This document shows, piece after piece, positions 12,330 to 24,306 of a stretch of DNA of 64,000 nucleotides. Positions within the stretch are counted from its first letter, which is position 1; every line of letters begins with the position of its first letter. Below the pieces are notes generated by a model. It was not told where the DNA came from. It made no database searches and saw only the letters and a list, made by a program, of their open reading frames with translations. The translations under genes were made by a program, and so were the position numbers. The stretch spans positions 30,814,001 through 30,878,000 of the forward strand of contig NC_043016.1 of the NCBI RefSeq assembly GCF_006345805.1, read 5' to 3'. This stretch comes from Octopus sinensis (lineage: Eukaryota).

Positions 12330-14079
12330 TTCGTTTTCACATTTTCCCTTTACTATTGCCTCCAGTCAAGAAAATCTGTCAACAATACAGTTGTGATTAT
12401 TTATCATTTGGATTTATTCCCCCTCCTCAGAACTGTCAGTTACCAATGTGCCTTCTTTGCCATTACACATTGACCAATGAAGCAATGAAACCCTCATACC
12501 TGAAGTATCACTTTGGTGCAAAGCATTCTGACAAGAAGAACAAGCCATTATCATACTTCTTGCAACTGAGCTCCTCTTTCAAAAAGCAAATGCAAACATT
12601 CAACATGCTACTCCAGAAAATAAGTAAACAAGAGAATGACAGGTTGATTGCATCACACAACATTGCATTGCTTGTTGCTAAGTCTGGGAAGTCTCACCTG
12701 GTTGTTGAAGAGGTTTTGTCAACTGTTATGCATGAAAAACCTGATAACACTATGAAGAAGATCCTGCTTAGTAATAACACAATTTCTTGATGCATTGATA
12801 AAATGGCCAACGATGTCAAACATCAGCTCATTAATATTCTCCAGCGTTCTGAATTTTCTATACAAGTGACTGAGTCAATGTTTGGTGGACAATCAATGTT
12901 TGAGGATGGTATATGTTCGGTATTTCAGCGATTACTTTCAACCTTGTGGGGAAATACTGTTCACAGAAAAATTGCCACTTGATTCAAGACGTGCAACTAT
13001 TTTTCACACTCTTAAGTCTTTCCATTTTGAACATAATATCCCACTCAGTAATATTCTTGTCTGTGCATCTGATGGAGCCCCTTCGATGATAGGAAGATAA
13101 AGAGGATTTTCATCTCTCCTAAAGCGTGAAATTTCCCACCAGATACTAATTGTTCATTGCTTGGCACACTGGCAGCATTTAGAGGGGGAAAAAAATAATA
13201 ACGGTAGGTTGAATGATACGCTACAGTTAGTTATCAAGACTGTGAACAAATTGAAATCCAGTCTCTTGTCTGGTTGAATTTTCCGTCAACTCTGAGAAAT
13301 GATGAGGACCATACTAAACTCTTATACCATACCAAAGTGCAGTGGCTGTCAAAAGGAAACTGTTTTATGCTTTGGTGACCTGTTTCATATAATCATATAT
13401 TTCTTTGAAGATACTCCAATATCCACTTCTATGATGGTTGCAAGGTGCAATACAGTCACAAAACTAAATGATTTGAATAAGTTATTGCAAGGAAACAGAA
13501 AAAATTCTCATTGATTGTAAATCATTTATCACAATTGGTGTTGTTTAAGACTATCTTTTCAAAACGTCAATTCCCTCAATTTCCACAACTTGATTCTTTG
13601 AAAGATGAATTGGTTGATGAGGATTTAACTACATATCACAAATATTTACAATCATTGTACGATGGCATGGCGGAGTGATTTCAAGATGTTATTGCACTGA
13701 ATATTCCAAATTGGCAAAGCAATCCCTTTGAAGTAGATGCAGTTGATTGCAAGGACAATGTTTTGGAGGAATTGATAGAATTACAAAGTGACAATGACCA
13801 CAAATGTGATATCACCGTAATGGCAAAGAAGGTTTGTGGTACCATCAAAGTATATTGAATTCCTACCCCAATCTGTGGCGACGTCTGAAATTACTTTTGC
13901 TTACCTTCCCTACCTCGTACCTGGTTGAATCTGGTTTTAGCCATGTTGGAACTTTACTTTTCCATAAAAGAATTGGACTGGAGGTAATAGAATGAGGAAA
14001 CTTGTGGCTAAAGTTGACGAGTTTTAAATCAAATGTATCTGCACTAGCTGCATCGCACCAGACACATGATTCTCATTAA
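12330..14079 (+). pseudogene. Decayed hAT (Buster/Charlie, ZBED5/SCAND3-like) transposase with stops and frameshifts
   Basis: CLLC...NEAMKPSYLKYH BED-like region, LSNNTIS, SDGAPSMIG, HCLAH, FPTSYLVESGFS, HQTHDSH* motifs in order; element ends not resolved. Confidence 0.88.
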
Positions 14080-14482
14080 AAAGTTGTATTCTTTATAATA
14101 CAATCATTAATTACTTTTGCATCAGTAGTTCATTTGAGGAAAATAAAAATCAGTGTAAAAGAAAATGCAAAACTAAACAACTGCATATTTAGTCCAAACA
14201 ACACTAACAGGGCAACGAGTCTACAATATAGTGTGTGTATCAAATAATACAAGGGGAGGGGTGTTCTCCTAGGGGATTTAGTTTTAGGGAGGGTTGTGTC
14301 AGAGATTTTTCATTGTATACCAATAACTTATTTGATCACTGAATATTTGATTAGTGATTGATTTACATACTAAGCCAGCAGGTCATGAGTGGAGTATCTA
14401 GTTTCAATACCTTCTTCTCACACTCAGCTCCATGCAAACAATAATTGTCTGGTAGTCATTGAAATGTTGGATTCATTTTAAT

Positions 14483-14548
14483 CAGTGGTTCCCAACCTTT
14501 TCACTATCAATGACCCCTTTTATTTATATGAGTTTTCCCACAGACTCC

Positions 14549-14591
<43 letters not shown>

Positions 14592-14892
14592 ATGAGTGAC
14601 TATATTTAATTTGAATTGATATTATTGTTATCAATTTGAAAATATAGCCACGAACACGTGTAGTCTATTTACTAATTATATACTATTTATTTTTTATTTT
14701 TTCGTACTTTATTTAGTTCTAGGTATATGTTTTATCGTATCTTTAATTTTTTTCTATATGGTATGATTTAAGTATATCATTGTTGAATTACTACATGGTG
14801 GTTCTTCTCTAATGTATATACATATATATTATGAAATTTGATTTAGTATTACTAAATTGAATTTTTCCCTGTAAGTTTGGAATCATATTCCC

Positions 14893-14950
<58 letters not shown>

Positions 14951-15043
14951 GTATGTATGAAATTTTGAATTTAGTTCACGGATCCCCCAGTACAACCTTT
15001 GTGGACCCCTGGTGGTCCACAAACTACAGGTTGGGAACCACTG
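14483..15043. mobile_element. hAT (Buster/Charlie-type) MITE, 561 bp
   Basis: Perfect 16-bp TIRs CAGTGGTTCCCAACCT / AGGTTGGGAACCACTG; perfect 8-bp TSD ATTTTAAT (14475-14482, 15044-15051). Confidence 0.95.
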
Positions 15044-15146
15044 ATTTTAATGATTAAGACTCTCTCCCCAATGCACACTTCTTCTCAATGAAAATCATGT
15101 CTATATCCATGCTGATGCAATCATTTTTTGCATTTTGTTTCAACAG

Positions 15147-15239
15147 AGTGGAGGGGCTGGTACAGAAAAAAGTGACAGTGCTGGTCAAGACACTGAGTCC
15201 CAACTAGAAGAACTGAAACAGAATATGAGAAGAGCTGAA
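15147..15239 (+). CDS. FCHSD2: FCHSD2-like exon D, phase 0-0, SGGAGTEKSDSAGQDTESQLEELKQNMRRAE
   Basis: ttttgtttcaacag acceptor, GAA|gtaagt donor; coiled-coil matching the ...ARENIRKAE segment. Confidence 0.9.
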
Positions 15240-15996
15240 GTAAGTATTTAAAAATTTATTGTAGAGCAAAGTTGCATACTTACTGTAACTGTTAAGTTCT
15301 TTAAATATATTGTATTTACTTGTGTATAATGCAAGAAATTCAATACAAGATATCTGGGTCCATATTGTGTTGTAGCATTATACTTGAATATAGAAGATGA
15401 AAAAATAGATGAAATATATATCTGACTTTAAGGTATAAAAAGTAGTAGTTTTATTATATTAGACATCTCATTTTACCGAAGAAAATATGGTTTATCATTT
15501 TTAACTAATCTCTTTGCAAAAATTAGGAATAACAATGCAATTTATGTTTTAGTTTAATTTATTTAACATCAACCATGTTGCTGAAGTTTTACTTCAGAAA
15601 TATTTCCTTGTTATCACAGAACAAAGATATATAGTGATTGAAAATAAACTGGGAAGTTACCTGTGTTATGTCAGTAAAGCATTCAGAAAATATATCTGGA
15701 AATGGTTTTGAATTTTAGAAATGGAGAGAACTCTTAGTTATGATATAACACTGTCATCAAGAAATTCTAAAAAGAACCACATTTTCAGAGCACTGAGGAA
15801 CTCTTTCCGAAATACCGTAACTAGTCTATACTTTTCAAATTATACTTCACCAGTTATTAATAATGATTTAATAAAGCCCTCTAAGTGAGTAAGGAAATAG
15901 CATAAAGTAGGAAATTATAAATGTTAATTTCTATCACACTTGTTTAAAAATTAAGATGATAAACCGATGAATTAAACTCCATGTAATCTTTCATTA

Positions 15997-16329
15997 AGTG
16001 AAGGTGCATGGCTCAGTGGTTAGAGCATTGAGCTTACAATCATGAGGTTGTGAGATCGAATCCCGGACCAGGCTGCATGTTGTGTTCTTGAGCAAGACAC
16101 TTTATTTCATGTTGCTCCAGTTCACTCAGCTGTAGAAATGAGTTGCGACGTCACAGCTGTATCTGCTGTTGCCTTTCCCTTGGATAACACTGGTGGCATG
16201 GAGAGGGGAGGCCAGTATGCATGGGCGACTGCTGGTCTTCCATAAACAACCTTGCCCAGACTTGTGCCTCAGAGGAGAACTTTCTAGGTGCAATCCCATG
16301 GTCTGTGTCGTGACCGAAGGAGGTCTCAG
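15997..16329 (+). mobile_element. Full-length family A CORE-SINE
   Basis: tRNA-like head and CORE-like block; 12-bp TSD aatctttcatta (15985-15996, 16330-16341); another copy at ~35644-35980. Confidence 0.9.
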
Positions 16330-16504
16330 AATCTTTCATTAGCAATCAAATCTCTCTCAAACCACACTCTGCCATCTTGAAAAAAAGAAGGGCACAATCA
16401 ATGATGTATTTCTATAAGATCATGGCTGAAACATCTTTCATAATTAGTCTGCTAGATTAGGGTTGACCTGATGCTAGACAAAAAGAAGCTAAAACAAAGA
16501 TAAC

Positions 16505-16803
16505 TGGCACTTTGTCAATTACGATGACAAGGGTTCCAGTTGATCTGATCTATGGAACAGCCTGCTCAGAAAATTAATGTGCAAGTGGCTGAGCACTCCA
16601 CAGACATGCGTGCCCTTAATATAGTTCCCAGAGAGATTCAGCATGATACAGAGTGTGTCAAGGCAGGCCCTTTTGAAATACAAGTACAATTCATTTTTTG
16701 CCATCTGGGTGGACAGGAGCAACATGAAATAAAGTGTCTTGTCCAAGGACGCAACGTGCTGCCGAGGATTGAACTCACAATCATGAACCGAATACCCTAA
16801 CCA
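16505..16803 (-). mobile_element. CORE-SINE with family B-type 3' tail
   Basis: Reverse complement shares tail with 24120-24300 and 42440-42600. Confidence 0.7.
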
Positions 16804-17229
16804 GTAAGCTGTGTGCTTTCACTATGATAAAATTGTGAAAATAAATAAACTGAGGTTGTAACCATACAACTATTACTCTTAGCTCTATAGGCTGTTGGGA
16901 CACAGTTATAGATTCTGTCTTTTGATAGTAATTCAAAGAAGTTGTTTTCTAGTGCTTTCTCTGAGATAGTTTCAGTTTCAGCTTTACAAGCCAACGGAAC
17001 ACTTGTTAATATTAGTGCTACCACTTCACCCCAGTTAAACAGTTATAAACTAAAGTTTTAAAGTTTCAGCAGCATTGCTAGTTACATAATGCAGTTGTAG
17101 TGATATAATATGGACCTTTAACCTTTCAGCCGGTTGAGTGACACCTCAATGATGTGACTAGTTATTACGTATAAGAATTTCATCAAATTTCAACTTTTCT
17201 AATGACTTTTCTGTTCAAATTTGTTACAG

Positions 17230-17281
17230 ACAGCAAAGATGAAGGCTGAAGCACGAATTGAACTATTAAGAAATATAGGAA
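17230..17281 (+). CDS. FCHSD2: FCHSD2-like exon E, phase 0-1, TAKMKAEARIELLRNIG
   Basis: ttgttacag acceptor, A|gtatgt donor; matches KLKAEARLDLLKQIG motif. Confidence 0.93.
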
Positions 17282-18962
17282 GTATGTTAATTAAATATTT
17301 TTACAAAAATAATCTATATTCTATCACACCTACAGTTTAAATTGGTTTTGTATATACACTGTAATTCGTTTAAATGAATGCAAAAAAAAAAAAAGAAAAA
17401 GACAGGCATAAGTTATTTTATTGATGTTTATGTGTCAGTGGAGTAATTGGAGTAATTTGTTGTAATTCTAGATGTATGCAAGCAAATACATGACCTTGAG
17501 TAAAAAGAATTCTGATATAAATATGTGTATTCAAACTAGTCATGATTATTCTTTCAAGGCTAGACCAGGTCTAATATCAAGTTAGTAGAGAAAGAATTAA
17601 GCAGTTTAGTTTTTATAACTTAAAAAGCACCCAGTCCACACTGTAAAGTGGTTGACATTTGGAAGGACATCCAACTGTAAAAACCACGCCAAAACTGACA
17701 TCGCCTGTGCGAGTGCCCTGTAAAAAGGACTCAACCCACTCTACTGAGTGATTGGTGTTAGGAAGAGCATCCAGCCATAAAAACCATGATAAAACAGATG
17801 CAGAAGTATGATGCAGGCTCTTGCCTGGCTAGCACCTGTCAAACCATACAACTCATGCTAGCATTGAAGGAGGATGATCAATAATAACTCACAGACTAAT
17901 TGTCTAATATATCTGGTTGGCTAAACAAACATATGTAACAACAGTGAAACTAAAATGCTGTCTGCATGAGATCACTATAAATTCTTAGTTTTTGTGATAA
18001 TGTTCAATGAGATATGAAATTTTACTTCATACTGTGTTACACTGCAATAATCAAATGTAAAAATTTCATTTCAAAGAATAAATAGTATTTTTTTTCATCT
18101 CTAGAAAATTATCAATTGTCTAGTTTTTATTAGGTTGTCATAGTTAGGAGTTCATTGAGGTTATTTTAGGATCATTTTCTAAATATGCCATTTTGAGAAA
18201 TATCTTATCAACAATGGCATTATTAAATATACTACAGGAATAATTAAGAATATTTGTAAGATAAGGATAGACAGAAAGAGAAGTGAAATAGCTAAGAAGA
18301 TAAAAAAAATAATGTAATATGCACGGGTTGGTAGCATGCACCATACTTTCACTGATTGTTTTGGGAGCCTGTGTAGTCATGAGTAGACATAACACCCTCT
18401 TAGCCTTTTTTACTATTGACCCAACAGAACACCCAGCGTGTGAATGTTGGAGAAAGGGAAAGCTGCACCAAAACTTAGCTGATATTTTTTATAGCTGAGT
18501 AGACAAGAGCAGCTTGAAATATAGTGCATTGCTTGAGAAACAACATGTCTCCTGCTCCTGGAGTACTATCAGAACTAAAAAAAGAAACCCTAAGCCTTAT
18601 ATTTTTTATTCAGCCTAAATAAAAAACATATATATTTGGGTGAATCCAAAACAATACAAAGACTGGTATGTCTTCAAATTTTTCCTTTTAATTTTAGCAG
18701 TTAATTATACTGTTAAAGTTGAAAGAAAAATTTGAAGATGTAACAGTCTCTGTATTCTTTGTAATTATTTGGGATTTTCCTGAAAATATTCATAATCCAG
18801 CAAAGTGAACCTGGATTTATCCATCAGAAGAATTACAGTGGAATTGCTCACCCTAAGCAATTCTTGGTGCTTCTTACTACTTGATGTGGTTAGCCGGAAC
18901 CTGGACTGTACCTGAGAACTCTTATGGTACCTACCTGTATAATCAATCCCTATATACTCATC

Positions 18963-19019
<57 letters not shown>

Positions 19020-19682
19020 TGAGTCGGCACAAGAAAGAGGCACTCAACACTAGTAGTAGTTACATATACTTTTATTTAAAACAGTTTGATTTGAGCCCCA
19101 AGCAACTTAAATTTTTGTGGACTTTTCACAGCCAAATGACTGAAACAAGTAAATACATATGTACGTATGTATGAAGATGATTATAACTGCAGTTAGTATA
19201 CACAAAAGGCTCTTTGGGCTCAGGTGGCCAAATGGGGAAATGTAGAAAGTTCAAGATTGCTGCTGGAAACTGGACTGTTATCAGTCAAGGCAGATCACAT
19301 GGGGTTGTTGGAAATATTTCCAACAACAGTAGCCATCTTGGACTTCAAGTTCTTAACCTATAATATTGCCTGCATTTAATTGATGTTAATAATTAATAAT
19401 ACTGCCATTTGTTTAAAATTAATTATCCTTACTTACATGAAAGATTAGTTTTAGAATTTAGTAATTTAGTTAGGACATTAATTAAACCATCAGATATTTT
19501 AATGTATTGCTAATCATTAAGTTTTCTTATATTTAAAAAAAAAAAATGGAAAATGTTGTTACTTTTAAGAACAGTATTAAAAGTCATTATTTACTTTATA
19601 TATCAAGAATTTCTTATTTCTAGAGTTATGCTTTCAACTAATATATTTATATTTATTTTTCCTTTGCTTCACTCTACAAAAG

Positions 19683-19795
19683 TTAATGTTGATGAATGGC
19701 TTACCAATGCACAAACAGATAGTCTTGCTGCCGAGCCAGATGCTGTTTCTCGTACACCTAGTCAAGCATCGGTAAGAACTGAAAGTTCCAGTGGA
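19683..19795 (+). CDS. FCHSD2: FCHSD2-like exon F, phase 1-0, (I)NVDEWLTNAQTDSLAAEPDAVSRTPSQASVRTESSSG
   Basis: Pyrimidine tract + ctacaaaag acceptor, GGA|gtaagt donor; VDEWL matches VDTWL; phase fits exon E. Confidence 0.88.
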
Positions 19796-21255
19796 GTAAG
19801 TAATTTAATCTTGCATTTTGATGGAGTCTTGTGGCTGTAGTTGTAGCTTTTATTATTGATTTCATAAAAGCCCCACAAAAATTATATATAATACATTCAA
19901 GTATCTCAAAAGGGAATAGATAAGAATAGGCATTATTGAATTTAAGGTTCTCAAATTTTTTAATTCTTCATTAAGATAAACAAAAAAATAACTATCTCTC
20001 GGTGGTTTAGTTGCATTGCATTATTTCTTTGAATATGCCAAAGAGAAAAAGGAAATTCCTAAAAACAAAACAGCCTAATAAAACTATCAGTTTAGTTTTA
20101 TAAACACATACATACAGCCAAATATAATACACACTTGTATAACAATGAGACAATACATACTTAAGTGTAGTCAAGATGGTGCCCCAGCATGGCCACAGCC
20201 AAATGACTGAAACAAGTAAATACATATGTACGTATGTATGAAGATGATTATCACTGCAGTTAGTATACACAAAAGTTTTTTGCCTGAATTTAATTCCCGG
20301 TCATTTATGCATCTTTCTCCTATTTTACAATCCCCTTTTCTGAATTCAGTGCTGTTCATTTCCCTTCTATCTAAAAGCTTGACTATAAAACAAGGAAAAA
20401 AATTCTGGATAGATGTTTGCTTTTCCTTGACTGTTTTCTACAAATCTCCCAAAACTTCCAAGTCTTGAATCTTATAATTTTCTTTTTCATATTTCATTTC
20501 ATTGAATGATATAAGATAAGAAATCAAATCATAACATACAAAAGCATTCTTTTAATTTTCATCGAATATGGATATTTCAATATTTTAAATAGAAAGATAA
20601 TAAAAGCCACTTAACAATGCAAAAGTTAGAGAGAAAAAATTAAATTTTCACGGGCCCTATCAACCAGTGTCTCATCATTTGTAAGATTTTGGGTTAATAG
20701 TCTGCAAGGGCCACTTTGAAGCAGACATAATTAATTTTCAGCTGAGTTAATTGGAACAACATTAAATGAAATACTTTGCCCAAAGTCACAATACATCAGA
20801 AACAGAACACTCATCATTATTATCATGAGTCCAACAGCCTAAACACAAAACCATGCTCCTTCACAACCACAAGATTAAGGTTTTGGTAAGCTGAAATACT
20901 GGATTAATCAATTTTCTCTAACTTTGTGTTAAGAGGCTTTTATTCTCTGCAGTTGTATGACTTTTCTATCTGTAATATCTCGCATCTTTCTGACTTTAAA
21001 CTCTTGCATTTCGTTATCATGTAAGGCTGTTAAAATTGCATATCTGCATTTCTTTTGTTTGCTAATTGATAATGAGAATGATGGAATCTTATCCTTAAGG
21101 TCTAAGATGTCTCCAAACTTCATCTTTAATTAATTTTCTTATTCTGCTGGTAAACAGAATAATACATTTTTCCAAAATACTCTATGCTTGTTTGATGTGT
21201 ATGATGAAATTGTTTGATGTACCTATTGAATTTCCCCATGCCCATTTGTACACAG

Positions 21256-21501
21256 CCGACAGAAGAACCTGAAGCTACATATACACACTTTGATGATGAC
21301 GATGACTATGTAGAAGAAGTTGCAGAAATAGAACAAGTTTCCATGAGCCCAGCTATCCAAAGTTCTTCATCCTCCAGACAATATCCAATTTATGCTCAAG
21401 CTTTATATACATTCCAAGCCACAAACTCTGATGAGCTTGGTCTGGAGGAAAATGAAAGTATTGAAGTGATAGGAGATGGTGATGGTGATGGCTGGGTACA
21501 G
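21256..21501 (+). CDS. FCHSD2: FCHSD2-like exon G, phase 0-0; acidic linker and N-terminal part of SH3a (YAQALYTFQATNSDELGLEENESIEVIGDGDGDGWVQ)
   Basis: tacacag acceptor, CAG|gtaagc donor; SH3 ALY/ELxL/GW motifs. Confidence 0.94.
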
Positions 21502-23919
21502 GTAAGCATTTGGTAAGAACACTTTAGTGGTCACCTTGGTGGTAAAATATGCCTGGTTCACTACATAAATAAAACTACTGGAGTCACAAGAAACACAAAA
21601 GTGACAGCCACGCATAGGGTAAACACCAGTCAAAATATCTTTCTAATTAGCTGCATAAAAGGTTTCATTATAAATTCCCTACAATCTATTGATTTCAAAT
21701 TTCACCACGAGGCCAAGAAGTTTGGGGCAGAGGGTAAGGCAATTACAACGACCCCTGTGTCCAAATGGTACTTATTTTATTTGCTCCGAAAGGATAAAAG
21801 GTAAAATCAACCTTGACAGCATTTGAACTCAGAATGTAAAGATGGATGAAATGTGAAGCATTTTACCTGGTAGGCTAATGATTCTGCCAGCTTGCCACCT
21901 GATTTCCTTCAATATATTAACAACAGCTATTAAATAACACTCAGAAAAGTATTTCTTAGTATTTTCAAATTTTTATTCTTGTTACACAAATTAAATTTAA
22001 AAAGAAAAAAACAAAAAAAGCTCTCTAATCTGGTCCCAAATTTAAAATCATGTGAGTGGGGTTAGGAACTTTAAGAACTATGAAAGTAATTAACTTTACC
22101 AAGTTGTTTTCTCTTTCTCTAATTATCTTCTCTTTAACCACATATTCAGATGGGGAGCAGGAGATATTTAGTACCTACGAAGTAGTAGTAGTGGTGGTGT
22201 TACTACTACTACTACTACTACCATTTCTCAGCGCTCCTATAGTATAAGTTACCTTGGGAAGGAGATTTCATTATCTTTCATATTTTATTGGAAAGCAAAA
22301 AGGATAGTATCAAAGTATTTCTAGAAAGCCAACTATATCCCAGGTAATTCACAAACACAGGTATACAATATTTGTGCTCAACTGCAACACAGCTGTATTT
22401 TTCTATAATAATGTAACATTCTAAACTATACCTTCTTCTACTGGCCCTACTAAACACAATATCATTATCATCATCACCATTGTCAACATCTTCATTTAAC
22501 ATGTTTTTCTATGGGTTGGAAGGGTCTTGCAACATCTGACCACTCTTTACAATTTGTCACACATGTACAGTGACAGAGTAAAACCAGCCATCTTTATTGC
22601 TAAGTAAAGATGGTTCTTGTGGCCAAATGCCTTTCCTATCACTAAGCACATTTTTGTGTAGACTTGGTGCATTTTATCATGCAACCAGTCCACGTTTTAC
22701 CAGACATTAAGCTCTAGACAGGGAGGCAGGTTCTTTTTAACAACACTAAAGAATTCAATCTACCCTGTTACATTATCATCAGTTTTAACTTGCGGTCCTC
22801 AACATTATGCAGCAGCTTGCAGGACTAAAAGTACAAAGTACTATCAGTATTAGCTTGTTTTTTCATCCTTTTCATTTTTATGACTAAGTCAGAAAGGGAA
22901 GAATAGTACCTCTGACCTTTTTCATGACATCCAAGAATGGTGAGAGGAAAGGTTGATGTTGTCTTCAAAATGAAGATCTGACCCCAATGCCTGCAAGAAA
23001 ATTAGACTCAGTTGAAGGTACCTAAGCACCAAAAATCTGTCTTCTGTCTTGTATATATTTTTTAAGTGATCTCATCTGTCTCCCATATCAAACAAAGAAC
23101 TATTTGAACACTTAGTGAGACTCCTCTATTATATTCCATATGGCCAAGTAAGCAGTTAGTGTAAAACTTGAAGAAATATATCATAGATTATTATTAAATT
23201 CATGAACTAACACTCATATCTTGGCTAGTACTTTCCAACATCAAATCAGTAAACATGTTACATTCCAAGAATGAAATCCTATTGGAGTTTTGTTATTTTC
23301 AAATCTCTAATTCTTTTCAAACAAAGGATTTTATTTATATTAAAAACATTTAAGCACACATTGATAGAAATAAAAAGGAAAGAAAACTTGAAAGCCATTA
23401 TGATTTTGATTTTGACCCTTTTCATGCCAACCTACCTGAGACCACTGTTACAAAAATATCCATATTTAAATCAAAATGTCAATTAAAAATCTCATTGCAA
23501 AATAAAAAATATAATATTCCAGTTCGTCAACAACATTGTATACCAATATATAAAGTTATATATTTTACTAAACCCCTCCAAAATCTTGAATTTGTTGAAA
23601 ATTAACTTAAGTAAATAACTATACATATATATATATATATATATATAAGCTACTCGTTAAAAATATAGTCATGACAAAGAATATTGTTGATGTGTGGTTT
23701 TATGGTAAGCATTTGTTGGTGTTATTGCTGCTGCTGTTCAGCTCTGATTGGGCACAAAAATCAAATCAAAGAATCATATAATCAACGTTCTTATCTGAAC
23801 CATTCCATCATTATAGCTGACATTCAAATGTAAAATTCTTAGATCTACAACTAAGATACTTGGTCCACATTTCAATGATAATAGAGTTTGTGGAAACATG
23901 GTTGCTATATTGAACGATT

Positions 23920-24306
23920 GAGTGGAGGCGCAATGGCCCAGTGGTTAGGGTAGCGGACTCGCGGTCGTAGGATCGCGGTTTCGATTCCCAGACCGGGCGT
24001 TGTGAGTGTTTATTGAGCGAAAACACCTAAAGCTCCATGAGGCTCCAGCAGGGATGGTGGTGATCCCTGCTGTACTCTTTCACCACAACTTTCTCTCACT
24101 CTTACTTCCTGTTTCTGTTGTACCTGTATTTCAAAGGGCCAGCCTTGTCACTCTCTGTGTCACGCTGAATATCCCCGAGAACTACGTTAAGGGTACACGT
24201 GTCTGTGGAATGCTCAGCCACTTACATGTTAATTTCACGAGCAGGCTGTTCCATTGATCAGATCAACCAGAACCCTCGTCGTCATAACCGACGGAGTGCT
24301 TCCATA
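23920..24306 (+). mobile_element. Full-length tRNA(Arg)-like SINE (family B; OR-type octopus SINE by recollection)
   Basis: Head tggcccagtggttagggtagcggactcgcgg...ggtttcgattccc; 14-bp TSD tatattgaacgatt (23906-23919, 24307-24320); CpG-rich. Confidence 0.9.

Noticed and set aside
11470-14341. cagtagtg.../...gatcactg as termini of the large hAT element
   Set aside because: Poor TIR match and no 8-bp TSD; ends left unresolved.
23922-24000. tRNA-Arg-like sequence (and similar heads at 4122, 15997, 35644)
   Set aside because: No convincing acceptor stem; continues into a SINE body, with TSDs at two of the copies, so these are SINE heads rather than tRNA genes.
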